Of a stretch of 64,000 bases of DNA, positions 35,745 through 47,893 are shown in pieces. The position numbers were made by a program, and so were the translations under genes. Origin of the DNA: Macrostomum hystrix (Eukaryota > Animalia > Platyhelminthes); the NCBI GenBank assembly GCA_950097015.1, contig CATNEN010000029.1:1798001-1862000 (forward strand). Reading direction: 5' to 3'. The notes under the pieces are model-generated. The model was not told the DNA's origin. It ran no database searches and saw only the letters and a program-made list of their open reading frames with translations. Every line of letters begins with the position of its first letter. Position 1 is the stretch's first letter.

Positions 35745-37294
35745 TCAGAGAGCAGTCCGCTCCGGATGCATGCAGGACGCGTAAGACGGCGGCAGGGTGG
35801 TTGACACCTCCTCCCAGGGCGGCGTGATGTCGTCGCGACATTGCGAGCTTCTTCCGCCGCCTCCTTTGCCACCGTGTCCGCGTCGCCTAGACGATGACGC
35901 CGCCGCGGCGCTAGCTGCTGCCGCCGAAGCCGTCGCAGCTGCCGGCTCGGCGTTCAGTAGCTCGTCGCCCACACCGTCGCCGTCATCGCCACCGACGCCA
36001 ATCCCGAGGCCGATGCCGCCGTGCCTTGGGCTGGGCGCCGGGGTTTTGCAGCATCGGCGCATACAGGCGACACGTTGACGACGAAACACGCTGTCCAATG
36101 CCAGCAGCACCAGGATTATCAGCCCAGCGCCTAGGACCACTATGAACACCTGCCGACAATGTTGAAGGTAAATAACTGGCTGTGTAGATAGAAAGAATAT
36201 ATAAATAAAAGGTCTAGGAATCTGGAAGGTGGATAGATCTAGGAATCTGGAAGGTGGATAGATCTAGGAATCTGGAAGGTGGATAGATCTAGGAATCTGG
36301 AAGGTGGATAGATCTGAGAATCTGGAAGGTGGATAGGTCTAGGAATCTGGAAGGTGGATAGATCTGAGAATCTGGAAGGTGGATAGATCTAGGAATCTGG
36401 AAGGTGGATAGATCTAAAAATTTGGATGGTGGATAGATCTAGGAATCTGGAAGGTGGATAGATCTAGGAATCTGGAAGGTGGATAGATCTGAGAATCTGG
36501 AATGTGGATAGATCTAATAATCTGGAAGGTGGATAGATCTAATAATCTGGAATGTGGATAGATCTAAAAATCTGGATGGTGGATAGATCTAGGAATCTGG
36601 AAGGTGGATAGATATAATAATCTGGAAGGTGGATAGATCTAGGAATCTGGAAGGTGGATAGATCTAAGAATCTGGAAGGTGGATAGATCTAAGAATCTGG
36701 ATGGTGGATAGATCTAAGAATCTGGATGGTGGATAGATCTAGGAATCTGGATGGTGGATAGATCTAAGAATCTGGATGGTGGATAGATCTAAGAATCTGG
36801 ATGGTTGGATAGATCTAAGAATCTGGATGGTGGATAGATCTAAGAATCTGGATGGTGGATAGATCTAAGAATCTTTAGAAAATTAGGCAAACTAAACTAA
36901 TTGCTCACCTGCGTTTGCGATACATCAGTGAACGGACTTCCTGCGCCGCCGTAGCTTTCACCGCCGCCGCCGCCAACAGTCGTAGGCGCAGTCGGTGTGC
37001 TCGCAGTCTCGCGGCCGCACAAACTATCAAACACTAATCTGGTGCAGTTATTGTTCTCTAGGCTGAAGCTGTCATCAACAGGAGCTGCCTGGCGGCGTTG
37101 TCTAAATAGCTGCAACGCAGAGCCGCCGCCGCCCTTGTTGTCTTTGCCCTGCACTTTTAAAGCGGCCGACGCCAGCGCCCGGGAGCACATGGCGCAGAAC
37201 TGGCTGCGCCTGCTCAGCCCGGCTGTTGGCATCGAGGTGGAATCTTTACTACTGCTGCTGCTGCTGCTGCTGCAATCAGTAGCAACTGATGGCG
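35745..37294 (-). CDS. Orphan single-pass membrane protein (last two exons), with a Cys-containing ectodomain, TM, juxtamembrane CC and PPSY motif
   Basis: Exons 37294-36909 (phase 1 start; CAG|GTGAGC donor) and 36149-35745 (phase 0). TM VFIVVLGAGLIILVLLALDSVF is followed by RRQR..RRCC and C-terminal LPPSY. GC-rich. Upstream exons were not identified. Confidence 0.78.
36213..36875 (+). repeat. 25-bp minisatellite (GGAATCTGGAAGGTGGATAGATCTA) filling the intron of the membrane-protein gene
   Basis: Visible. Confidence 0.95.
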
Positions 37295-37519
37295 CTGTCA
37301 AGAAATAGAAATTGTTTCATTAATATTAGTTTCTATAGTCTATTAGTCTATTAGTCTAATAAGATACTATTAATTTATTATATTATTATTTATTATACGT
37401 GGCCTTCCTCCCATTATCCAATGGAATTTGAAAAACCAAAGAAAATGTTTGGAAAATTGGGCATAAAACCATTTGGTTTAAAATTTCCTGGATTCAACGA
37501 CCTCAAGGCTTCTGAATCT

Positions 37520-38110
37520 GCTTCATCTGTCTACTGTCTCATCTGTCAACTGTCTCATCTGTTAACTGTCTCATTAGTCTACTGTCTCATTAGTCTACTG
37601 TCTCATTAGTCTACTGTCTCATCTGTCTACTGTCTCATTAGTCTACTGTCTCATCTGTCTACTGTCTCATCTGTCTACTGTCTCATCTGTCTACTGTCTC
37701 ATTAATCTATTGTCTCATCTGTCTACTGTCTCATCTGTTAACGGTCTCATCTGTCCACTGTCTCATCTGTCTACTGTCTCATTAGTCTATTGTCTCATCT
37801 CTCTACTGTCTCATCTGTCTACTGTCTCATCTGTCTACTGTCTCATCTGTCTACTGTCTCATCTGTCTACTGTCTCATTAATCTATTGTCTCATCTCTCT
37901 ACTGTCTCATTAGTCTACTGTCTCATTAGTCTACTGTCTCATCTGTCTACTGTCTCATCTGTCTACTGTCTCATCTGTCTACTGTCGAATCTCTCCACTG
38001 TCTCATCTGTCTACTGTCTCATCTGTCTACTGTCGAATCTCTCCACTGTCTCATCTGTCTACTGTCTCATTAGTCTACTGTCTCATCTGTCTACTGTCTC
38101 ATCTGTCCAC
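37520..38110 (+). repeat. 16-bp minisatellite (CTACTGTCTCATCTGT)
   Basis: Visible. Confidence 0.93.
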
Positions 38111-39599
38111 TGTCTCCTCTCTATTTTAATTGTCTCCTTTTCTACACTGTACGGTATCAGCTATACAATAAGGCGGCTTTGAATTAACTATTTGACCTCC
38201 TTGACGTTTACCTCCTTTCAAGGTACCTGTGGTAGTGCTGAATAAGAAAATTCTTACTATTCTAAGAATCAATAAAGTGCGACTTACAAAAGCAAACCAG
38301 AAGTTTGAATCCTGTGTTTAAAAAACAGAAAGTTGGAATTCAGTCAAGAGCGCTGACACAGAACACAGAAAGTTTCAGCTTTGGGTATAGTTAGAGAAGC
38401 AGTTTAAACGCAGTAGAAGATATTAACCGAAGCTTTAAAAAGCGGGCTATAGACGCTGAAGGGAGTGGGTGGTGGGGAAGCGGGAGGGGAGGAGTTGGTG
38501 GCTGAGGAGGCGGCACGCACGCATCACAGAGAAATGAGAATAGACTCAGAGAAGAGATGGAAAGCCATAAAGATAGATAGTTAAAGCACTGATTGCGGCG
38601 TTGCAAAGGTAAGAGAAAGAGAAAAAAATGGCGACTCAAGGACAAGATTCATGCAAGACACAGAGCTTGAGCAATGAGGGACAGACAGACAGGCTGGGGG
38701 AGGCGAGACGGCAAGAGAAAGATGGAAATCCAGCCAATCAAAAGTATGGCTGGCGGTTAATAGTGAACGGCGACTATGACAAGATGAGGGACAATGGACG
38801 AAGGTATTGAGGACAAGTACAATCAGAACTGATACTGATTTACTATAAGCATAGGTAGACCTTTGATCTACTAATAGTCTGGGTTAGGTGACAGTGAAAT
38901 CTAATAACTTAACATATAATAGCTCGTACGCATAAGTATACAATGGATCGCAGCACTTTGAGGTCCATCGTCTTTAATTAACGCTAAAAAATCTCTCTCA
39001 GATTAAGCTGTAGATTAAAATTATCGATCAATCATCAGCATCAACGCCCTCATTATAGCAATGCGGCCTTTTGATGTCAATTCTTATCGGCGGGTATTTA
39101 AAAGTATAAATAATTTTAAAGGGCTATGCAGGTAGGCGCTAAGTTTGATAAGACTGAAAAATACACAATCAGTAATAAAATAAGACGCGGAGTGATGGGA
39201 GCGAGAAAAAATCTCATCAAAATTTGCGAAAAGATTTCAAGAAGATTGCGAAAAAAACGAGGGGTCATTTAGTGGGATTAAGATATAGAAAATCTGAGTA
39301 TGAAAGATGACTGGATTATCAAGTTAAAATTTAACAGTTATGCATATATTGGTGGTTTTTGCTACCAGACACCCCGACTAGAATCGTTGAATATCTCGAC
39401 GATGCGATGTTCTGTGATTCATGGAAGTTGTTTCATCGGATAGAGCGGGAAATTTTTGCCCCTGTTCTGGGTTTTTAAAGCCATTAGCTTAACATTTTAG
39501 GATACGGAAAAGAAGATGAATGGGGGTATTTAAAATACCCAGTGGTATTTCAAAAATGGTCTGCATTGCAGCCTTATCCACTAAATAAGGGTAAATTTG

Positions 39600-40435
39600 T
39601 GGAAGCTGTATGGAATCTTTCTTTCGAGGAATGGAAGCTGTATGGAATCTTTCTTTCGAGGAAATGGAAGCTGTATGGAATCTTTCTTTCGAGGAAATGG
39701 AAGCTTTATGGAATCTTTCTTTCGAGGAAATGGAAGCTGTATGGAATCTTTCTTTCGAGGAAATGGAAGCTGTATGGAATCTTTCTTTCGAGGAAATGGA
39801 AGCTGTATGGAATCTTTCTTTCGAGGAAATGGAAGCTGTATGGAATCTTTCTTTCGAGGAAATGGAAGCTGTATGGAATCTTTCTTTCGAGGAAATGGAA
39901 GCTGTATGGAATCTTTCTTTCAGAGAAAAGGGAAGCTGTATGGAATCTTTCTTTCAGAGAAAAGGGAAGCTGTATGGAATCTTTCTTTCTAAGGAAATGG
40001 AAGTTGTATTGAATCTTTCTTTCTAAGAAATGTAATCTGTAATGAATCTTTCTTTCTAAGAAATGTAATCTGTAAGGAATCTTTCTTTCTAAGAAATGTA
40101 ATCTGTGAGGAATCTTTCCTTCTAAGAAATGCAATCTGCAAGGAATCTTTCTTTCTAAGAAATTTAATCTGTAAGGAATCTTTCTTTCAGAGAAAAGGGA
40201 AGCTGTATGGAATCTTTCTTTCAGAGAAAAGGGAAGCTGTATGGAATCTTTCTTTCTAAGGAAATGGAAGTTGTATTGAATCTTTCTTTCTAAGAAATTT
40301 AATCTGTAAGGAATCTTTCTTTCTAAGAAATGTAATCTGTAAGGAATCTTTCTTTCTAAGAAATGTAATCTGTAAGGAATCTTTCTTTCTAAGAAATGTA
40401 ATCTGTAAGGAATCTTTCTTTCTAAGAAATGGAAT
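39600..40435 (+). repeat. 33-bp minisatellite (GGAAGCTGTATGGAATCTTTCTTTCGAGGAAAT) with graded variants
   Basis: Visible; 11-aa periodic ORFs. Confidence 0.95.
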
Positions 40436-40914
40436 CTCACGAAGCTGAAGGGAATCTTTCTTACAGAAGTTACATTTCGAGGTAAATTAAGAGGAACTAA
40501 TAAGTCGAAAAATAAATGGAATTTCTGGGGAAGGTGGAACACACCTAGCAACGAAAAAAATCTGCTAAAAAGCATGGCCTAGAGCGCTGAGCGCATTAGT
40601 TCTCGGCTGAATTTGGCGGGCAAGAGTTTTGACGTCAGCGGGTAAATTATTTAGTCGAATCCCAAATCCTACTATGGAGATGATGGCGCAGGCGCCACAG
40701 ATACGGGGAAACAGAAACTGCACGCATGGCTGTCAGCGAGCCGAGTGACAGTCGATGCTTCTCGGTTATGCGCGCAATAATTATGACAAAGCGGCCGAAA
40801 CAATAATTAACACAGATAAGACAGTCTGGTGGAAAGTGCACAGCGGAGTTTAAAATTATTGATGAAGATCGATCATCAATAATTATCCCAACCTCATAAA
40901 TACAGACAGACAGG

Positions 40915-41430
40915 GAAATAAACACAGACAAAGAGGTTAATGAACACAGGCAAACAGACTCATAAACACAGGCTAACAGGCTAATAAACACAGGCAAACA
41001 GGCTAATAAACACAGACAAACAGGCTAATAAACACAGGCAAACAGGCTAATAAACACAGACAAACAGGCTAATAAACACAGGCAAACAGACTCATAAACA
41101 CAGGCTAACAGGCTAATAAACACAGGCAAACAGGCTCATAAATACAGGCTAACAGGCTAATAAACACAGGCAAACAGGCTAATAAACACAGGCTAACAGG
41201 CTAATAAACACAGGCAAACAGGCTAATAAACACAGGCAAACAGGCTAATAAACACAGGCAAACAGGCTAATAAACACAGGCAAACAGGCTAATAAATACA
41301 GGCAAACAGTCTAATAAACACAGGCAAACAGTCTAATAAACACAGGCAAACAGTCTAATAAACACAGGCAAACAGTCTAATAAACACAGGCAAACAGTCT
41401 AATAAACACAGGCAAACTGACTCATAAACA
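40915..41430 (+). repeat. 22-bp minisatellite (AAACAGGCTAATAAACACAGGC)
   Basis: Visible. Confidence 0.93.
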
Positions 41431-41864
41431 CGGGTAAACAGACGATAAACGGATAAAAAAACAGACAAGGGAATGAAGCCTTGACCTGCGAATTGCTGAC
41501 TAAAAAAGCACCAAAGCTTGTAACATTACTAATTTAACTACTTTTAGTGAAATTAAAAATAAAGTTAGATAAAAGCACAATTAGTAATGGAATCAAGAAA
41601 GTCATGCCTATATGAAAGGCGATTAAAAAGCATTAGTGTATACTCGCACGACCAGACAAGGGTGGTATTGCACAAATCAGAATATTTTTTAATTCTGATT
41701 ACAAGTACAAAATAAAACGGCGAATAAACCGCCCGCAGTCAATAATGAGTAAAAATTGCATGAATACACACGAGAAATGTTGAAGAAAACATCAAAATAC
41801 TTGCTTGTAAATCCATTGTAGTGTACGCATCAAATAGAATAGTAGCATTTGTAGGTGAAGAAAT

Positions 41865-43220
41865 AATTTTGGATAGTTTTTTAGAGTCTGCGATTTTGGA
41901 TAGTTATAGAATTTTGATAATCTGGGATTTCGGATAGTTATAGAATTTTGATAATCTGGGATTTTGGATAGTTATAGAATTTTGATAATCTGGGATTTTG
42001 GATAGTTATAGAATTTTGATAATCTGGGATTTTAGATAGTTATAGAATTTTAAGAATCTGGGATTTTGGATAGTTATAGAATTTTAAGAATCTGGGATTT
42101 TGGATAGTTATAGAATTTTGATAATCTGGGATTTCGGATAGTTATAGAATCTTGATAATCTGGGATTTCGGATAGTTATAGAATTTTGATAATCTGGGAT
42201 TTTGGATAGTTATAGAATTTTGATAATCTGGGATTTTGGATAGTTATAGAATTTTGAGAATCTGGGATTTTGGATAGTTATAGAATTTTGATAATCTGGG
42301 ATTTTGGATAGTTATAGAATTTTGATAATCTGGGATTTTGGATAGTTATAGAATTTTGATAATCTGGGATTTTGGATAGTTATAGAATTTTGAGAATCTG
42401 GGATTTTGGATAGTTATAGAATTTTGATAATCTGGGATTTTGGATAGTTATAGAATTTTTATAATCTGGGATTTGGGATAATTATAGAATTTTGAGAATC
42501 TAGGACTCCGGATAGTTATAGAATTTTGAGAATCTGGGATTTTGGATAGTTATAGAATTTTGATAATCTGGGATTTCGGATAGTTATAGAATCTTGATAA
42601 TCTGGGATTTTGGATAGTTATAGAATTTTGATAATCTGGGATTTTGGATAGTTATAGAATTTTGATAATCTGGGATTTTGGATAGTTATAGAATTTTGAG
42701 AATCTGGGATTTCGGATAGTTATAGAATTTTGAGAATCTGGGATTTTGGATAGTTATAGAATTTTTATAATCTGGGATTTGGGATAATTATAGAATTTTG
42801 AGAATCTAGGACTCCGGATAGTTATAGAATTTTGAGAATCTGGGATTTTGGATAGTTATAGAATTTTGATAATCTGGGATTTCGGATAGTTATAGAATCT
42901 TGATAATCTGGGATTTTGGATAGTTATAGAATTTTGATAATCTGGGATTTTGGATAGTTATAGAATTTTGATAATCTGGGATTTTGGATAGTTATAGAAT
43001 TTTGAGAATCTGGGATTTCGGATAGTTATAGAATTTTGAGAATCTGGGATTTTGGATAGTTATAGAATTTTGATAATCTGGGATTTTGGATAGTTATAGA
43101 ATTTTTATAATCTGGGATTTGGGATAATTATAGAATTTTGAGAATCTAGGACTCCGGATAGTTATAGAATTTTGAGAATCTGGGATTTTGGATAGTTATA
43201 GAATTTTGAGAATCTGAGAT
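41865..43220 (+). repeat. 34-bp minisatellite (TTGGATAGTTATAGAATTTTGATAATCTGGGATT)
   Basis: Period measured from 41941 to 41975 is 34 bp. Confidence 0.96.
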
Positions 43221-44019
43221 TTCAAATTGTTTTAGAAATTTGAGAATCTTGGACTTGGTATAATTCTGGAATTTAGGGAATCTGGGATTTGAGATAATTT
43301 TAGATTCTGTAGAATAAGCACGTCCGATTAATAGCTTTTAAAGCTAGTAAAAGCTAAAAGCTACAAGTTCATAAAAAAGGCAAGTTATAAGAAATCAGAT
43401 CACAGTAAAAATTTAACAGGAATATTTAATAGTCACATCGTGTTTTAGAAAAGTTTTACAAGTTTGTTTTTTCGAAAACAAAATTCGATCATAAAAAAGT
43501 AACTGTGTACCATCCATATTTAACAAAAGTACATATGCTTTTGTATTTCTAATTAAGCGCTTGTCAACACGGGGAAGCCACAGACCCCCGTTTAAACAGA
43601 TTGCGAACATCCGGTTTAACAGACGAAATTGCAGACATGGACTTATTAAATTGTATATATTGATTGATATATTATATTGACTGGGTTGTTACAGCCACGG
43701 CATGAATTGCTTTAGGTACTTTAATTAACAATAAGACATGCGAAACAAAAACATTTTGATATTGAATAAAATGATTAACGAATACTCGATTTTCCAATTA
43801 ACAAAAATTTGGTTAAAAAGCGCAGACAAAACAAACCTAGATTGTATGCCAGCACGACAAAGTTAAACAAGAAGGCTTCAAAACTTAAAAGTAGAAACAC
43901 TACGGTAGAAACAGACTTATCAGAAGGTAAGCATTATTCGAATAATAGTGCATCTCCCTCTCTTTAATCTACCCACTACTTCTCCCTGCCCCAAATCCGC
44001 ACTAAAAGTCTCCCTACCT

Positions 44020-44945
44020 TCAAATCCGCTCTCTACTTCCGTCAATCTTCAAATCCGCTCTCTACTTCCGTCAATCTTCAAATCCGCTCTCTACTTCCGT
44101 CAATCTTAAAATCCGCTCTCTACTTCCGTCAATCTTCAAATCCGATCTCTACTTCCGTCTCTCTTCAAATCCGCTCTCTACTACCGTCTCTATTCAAATC
44201 CCCTCTCTACTTCCGTCAATTTTCAAATCCGCTCTCTACTTCCGTCTCTCTTCAAATCCGCTCTCTACTTCCGTCTCTATTCAAATCCGCTCTCTACTTC
44301 TATCTATATTCAAATCAGCTCTCTACTTCCGTCTCTCTTCAAATCCGCTCTCTATTTCCGTCTATATTCAAATCCGCTCTCTACTTCCGTCTCTCTTCAA
44401 ATCCGCTCTCTACTTCCGTCTATATTCAAATCCGCTCTCTACTTCTATCTATATTCAAATCAGCTCTCTACTTCCGTCTCTCTTCAAATCCGCTCTCTAT
44501 TTCCGTCTATATTCAAATCCGCTCTCTACTTCCGTCTCTCTTCAAATCCGCTCTCTACTTCCGTCTATATTCAAATCCGCTCTCTACTTCCGTCTCTCTT
44601 CAAATCCGCTCTCTACTTCCGTCTCTCTTCAAATCCGCTCTCTACTTCCGTCCCTCTTCAAATACGCTCTCTACTTCCGTCCCTCTTCAAATCCGCTCTC
44701 TACTTCCGTCTCTCTTCAAATCCGCTCTCTATTTCCACCTTTCTTCAAATCCGCTCTCTACTTCTGTCCCTCTTCAAATCCGCTCTCTACTTCCGTCCCT
44801 CTTCAAATCCGCTCTCTACTTCCGTCCCTCTTCAAATCCGCTCTCTACTTCCGTCTCTCTTCAAATCCGCTCTCTATTTCCACCTTTCTTCAAATCCGCT
44901 CTCTACTTCCGCCCCTCTTCAAATCCGCTCTCTACTTCCGTCAAT
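44020..44945 (+). repeat. 29-bp minisatellite (AAATCCGCTCTCTACTTCCGTCTCTCTTC) just downstream of the myosin light chain stop codon
   Basis: Visible. Confidence 0.95.
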
Positions 44946-44963
44946 GTTCGAATCCTTCCAGGC

Positions 44964-47893
44964 CTAGTTGTAGCCCTCCTCCTTCTTGCCGTGCTTGATG
45001 GTGCGCGTAAACTCGGCATAATCGAAGCGGCCGTCTCTGAGCGGCACGCCGTGCAGCAATTCGTCAACCTGATCATCCGTCCACCGGTCGCCCATTGTAG
45101 TGAGCACTTCGCGCAGTCGCTCCTCGCTGATGTAGCCGGAACCATCAGGATCGAAGCAGGCGAATGCGTTGCGAATAGTCTCCTCCGGATCGCTACCGGA
45201 CATCTTCTCGCCGAATAAGGTGAGGAACATGGTGAAGTTAATGGGGCCGGGCGCCTCTGATAGCATACCGTCAACGTACGGCTGCAGGCCGGCCTCGTCG
45301 CGACCCAGCGAGACCAGCATCTCGGAGAGGTCCTCGTTGTCGATGACGCCATTCTTGTTGTTGTCAATCATGTTGAAGGCCTCCTAGACGAAGGGAGATT
45401 GATATTGTAAGGCTGATGGGAGATTGATAGAGTGAAGCTCAGATTGATAGATTGAAGTTTGATACTAACACTGGTTCGAGATTGATTGATTGAGACTGGT
45501 GTGAGACTAATATATTTGAGATTGATAGATTGAGAATGATGTGAAATGAATACGAGGGGAGTTCCAAAAGTCCTTTCCGTTTTGAGCATAGCTCAGGATG
45601 TAGAGGTCCGATTGCAAAACGGTTTTTGATGGCTTATAGAACTTTTTTCTGTGCCTATTTTGACACCAAGCTTATTAAAAAAGGCCTACTTTTCACAAAA
45701 CGCTAGGCGTTTTACTATGGAGATCTAGTGAAAGGGTTACAGAAACAACGAGGTTGATCACTCAGTTGCTATCGACCTGCTTCAAAGCGCTCAATCCAAT
45801 TGCAAATGGTGCGAAGATTCACTGCTTGATCCTGGTATGCGGTGACCAAGCCTTGATGAATTTGAATAGCCGACTGACAATTTCTCCACAGTGAAAAGAT
45901 CGCAGCTCGCTGTGCTTCCATGGAGGTGATCCAAACTCCAGATGTCAAAAGAGACAGCAAACTTGTTGACAAGATGTAAGGCTTTTGAAAACACAATACT
46001 TGCAGAAAGACTCTTGTAATGTTTCAGCAAAATCATGTCAAGATTCTGGCTAACATTTCCTTTCTTGGGCTTTAAAATTAAAGTCAACACAACACAAGAT
46101 TGGGTTTTCGGCAGAAAAACAATATTTGTAAACCGAATGGTAGGTGTCTATGACCCATGCCCATATATCTCAGAAACAGCTTTACCGTTTAGCATAAGCT
46201 TAGTGTCAAAAGAAGCACAGAAAAAGTTCCATAAGCTATCGAAAACCGTTTTGCAATCAGACCTCGACATCCTGAGCTATGCTCAAAAGGGAAAGGACTT
46301 TTGGAACACCCCTAGTAGATTGAGACTGAGACTGATGTGAGATTGATAGATTGAGACTGGTGTGAGATTGATAGATTGAGACTGATGTGAAATGAATAGA
46401 TTGAGACTGATGTGAGATTGATAGATTGAGACTGGTGTGAGATTGATAGATTGGGACTGGTGCGAGATTGATAGATTGAGACTGGTGTGAGATTAATAGA
46501 TTGAGACTGATGTGAGATTGATAGATTGAGACTGGTGTGAGATTGATAGATTGAGACTGGTGTGAGATTGATAGATTGGGACTGGTGCGAGATTGATAGA
46601 TTGAGACTGGTGTGAGATTGATAGAGTGAGACTTGTGTTAGATTGATAGATTGAGACTGGTGTGAGATTGATAGAGTGAGACTGGTGTGAGATTGATAGA
46701 TTGAGACTGGTGTGAGATTGATAGATTGGGACTGGTGTGAGATTGATAGATTGAGACTGGTGTGAGATTGATAGAGTAAGACTGGTGTGAGATTGATAGA
46801 TTGAGACTGGTGTGAGATTGATAGAGTGAGACTGGTGTTAGATTGATAGATTGAGACTGGTGTGAGATTGATAGATTGAGACTGGTGTTAGATTGATAGA
46901 TTGAGACTGGTGTGAGATTGATAGATTGAGACTGGTGTGAGATTGATAGATTGGGACTGGTGCGAGATTGATAGATTGAGACTGGTGTGAGATTGATAGA
47001 TTGAGACTGATGTGAGATTGATAGATTGAGACTGGTGTGAGATTGATAGATTGGGACTGGTGCGAGATTGATAGATTGAGACTGGTGTGAGATTGATAGA
47101 GTGAGACTTGTGTTAGATTGATAGATTGAGACTGGTGTGAGATTGATAGAGTGAGACTGGTGTTAGATTGATAGATTGAGACTGGTGTGAGATTGATAGA
47201 TTGAGACGGAGGTGTGAGATTGAGAGGGGAAGACTGAGATTTATAGACTGATATGGGACAATGAGAGAGGGATGCGTTAAAAGCGATGGAATAATTTACG
47301 ACAATCATTGTAGCTAGGTTTAAAACCAAAAGCAGGATTTCAACTGGCTCTGTGAAAATTGATCCGACTCACAACATGGTGGAAAGTGACATAAGAATAA
47401 ATACTTACATTAGAAATACGAAATACTTTCGTCATTTTACGGGATTAACTTATTTTTAGGACACATTCTATAAAGATGTCACATCTACAACACAAAGAAG
47501 TTCACAGCTTACGACACAATAATTCAGTGTTAAATGTTTACAGCAATAAGTAAAATTGTGCGAGTGCGGGCAAAGGGTGCGATGCTAAGACAGCCATGGA
47601 ACCCTTTACAACTTCCGTCCACTGATTTGCCTAGGGCGTGTACAGTCACAGAGGCACAGTACAGATCTTTGCGGACAACAAGGTGTAGAGGATTCCAATG
47701 CAACTGTCGGAACTACAAAAGTGCTTACAGAAATTTACAGACAAAAAAATCAAGGCCAAAGTTATATTACAGAACAAAAAATGTCAATCACCTTGAATTC
47801 CTGAACAGATTGTTCAGTGAACATGCTGAACACATTGCTGGTGTAACGCTGCGTCCTTTGAGGTCCGCGACGCCTTGTAGCCGCCCTGGACAT
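44964..47893 (-). CDS. MYL9/12: Myosin regulatory light chain (MYL9/MYL12/sqh family), 2 coding exons
   Basis: Exon 1 (47893-47792) reads [34 protein letters not shown] and contains the conserved TSNVF phosphosite. The phase 0 intron is AAG|GTGATT..TAG|. Exon 2 (45383-44964) reads [70 protein letters not shown]. Confidence 0.96.
45410..47220 (+). repeat. 25-bp minisatellite (GAGATTGATAGATTGAGACTGGTGT) in the MRLC intron, interrupted by a mariner
   Basis: Visible at 45410-45550 and 46318-47220. Confidence 0.93.
45551..46317 (-). mobile_element. Non-autonomous mariner with ~125-bp TIRs and an N-terminal HTH remnant
   Basis: Left end TACGAGGGGAGTTCCAAAAGTCCTTTCC..; right end reverse complement TACTAGGGGTGTTCCAAAAGTCCTTTCC..; TA termini. 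The minus-strand remnant [35 protein letters not shown] is typical of the mariner DNA-binding domain. Confidence 0.92.
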
